Source: Rhodobacter capsulatus SB 1003 (GTDB lineage: Bacteria; Pseudomonadota; Alphaproteobacteria; Rhodobacterales; Rhodobacteraceae). From it: DNA of 32,000 bases. The stretch's first letter is position 1. Each line of letters opens with the position of its first letter. This document shows, one piece after another, positions 31,968 to 32,000 of this stretch. The DNA is taken from contig NC_014035.1 in NCBI RefSeq assembly GCF_000021865.1, positions 100,963 through 132,962 on the forward strand, read 5' to 3'. A model generated the notes under the pieces. It did not search any database. It saw only the letters and a program-made list of their open reading frames with translations, and was not told the origin of the DNA. Position numbers and translations under genes: made by a program.

Positions 31968-32000
31968 GTCATCTGTCCTGTTGCGCAAGGGGCCGGGAAA

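Noticed and set aside
1-32000. rRNA, tRNA, CRISPR arrays, long tandem repeats
   Set aside because: I saw no cloverleaf-like conserved tRNA features, no rRNA-like stretches and no regularly spaced direct repeats. Nearly all intergenic regions are short (the ~500-nt mad leader, which was inspected separately, is the exception) and the window is otherwise filled with coding sequence.

Overview
High-GC (about two thirds G+C by eye) alphaproteobacterial chromosome segment. It looks Rhodobacterales-like, and the bioMNY arrangement is the one known from Rhodobacter capsulatus; this taxonomic placement is inference only. Nearly all long ORFs in the track that run antisense to the calls below are Arg/Gly/Pro/Asp-rich high-GC artefacts.

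Left to right:
1. An EAL c-di-GMP phosphodiesterase (+).
2. A co-directional minus-strand block of about 17 kb (17967 down to 823). It holds chrA, a PAS sensor with a degenerate MCP-like C-terminus, and a HutP-family protein. A ~500-nt repeat-laden non-coding leader follows, then a complete Malonomonas-type biotin-dependent malonate decarboxylase cluster of the Na+-pump type. Its order is madG, a 38-aa peptide, madB, a biotin protein ligase, then madA-E-C-D-H-K-F-L-M. After that come the biotin ECF transporter bioMNY and a BASS-family symporter.
3. A SAM methyltransferase (+).
4. A ~2.6-kb mobile-element scar: an orphan tandem zinc-ribbon protein, a DUF1778/GNAT toxin-antitoxin pair, a mobC remnant and a decayed, truncated IS5-family transposase.
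5. An amino-sugar or glycated-amine locus. It has a ROK regulator, a sugar ABC transporter (SBP, two permeases, ATPase), a BadF-type sugar kinase and a double-SIS isomerase/deaminase. Convergent with it is an operon encoding an argininosuccinate-lyase paralogue and a FrlB-like SIS deglycase.

No rRNA, tRNA or CRISPR array was seen.

The most interesting part is the region upstream of the malonate cluster. The usual malonate regulators (MdcR/MdcY) are absent. Their place is taken by a HutP-family protein, whose only characterised member is an RNA-binding antiterminator in Bacillus. It retains the metal/ligand His-His-Glu-His positions. Next to it lie an Aer-type PAS protein and a long structured leader.
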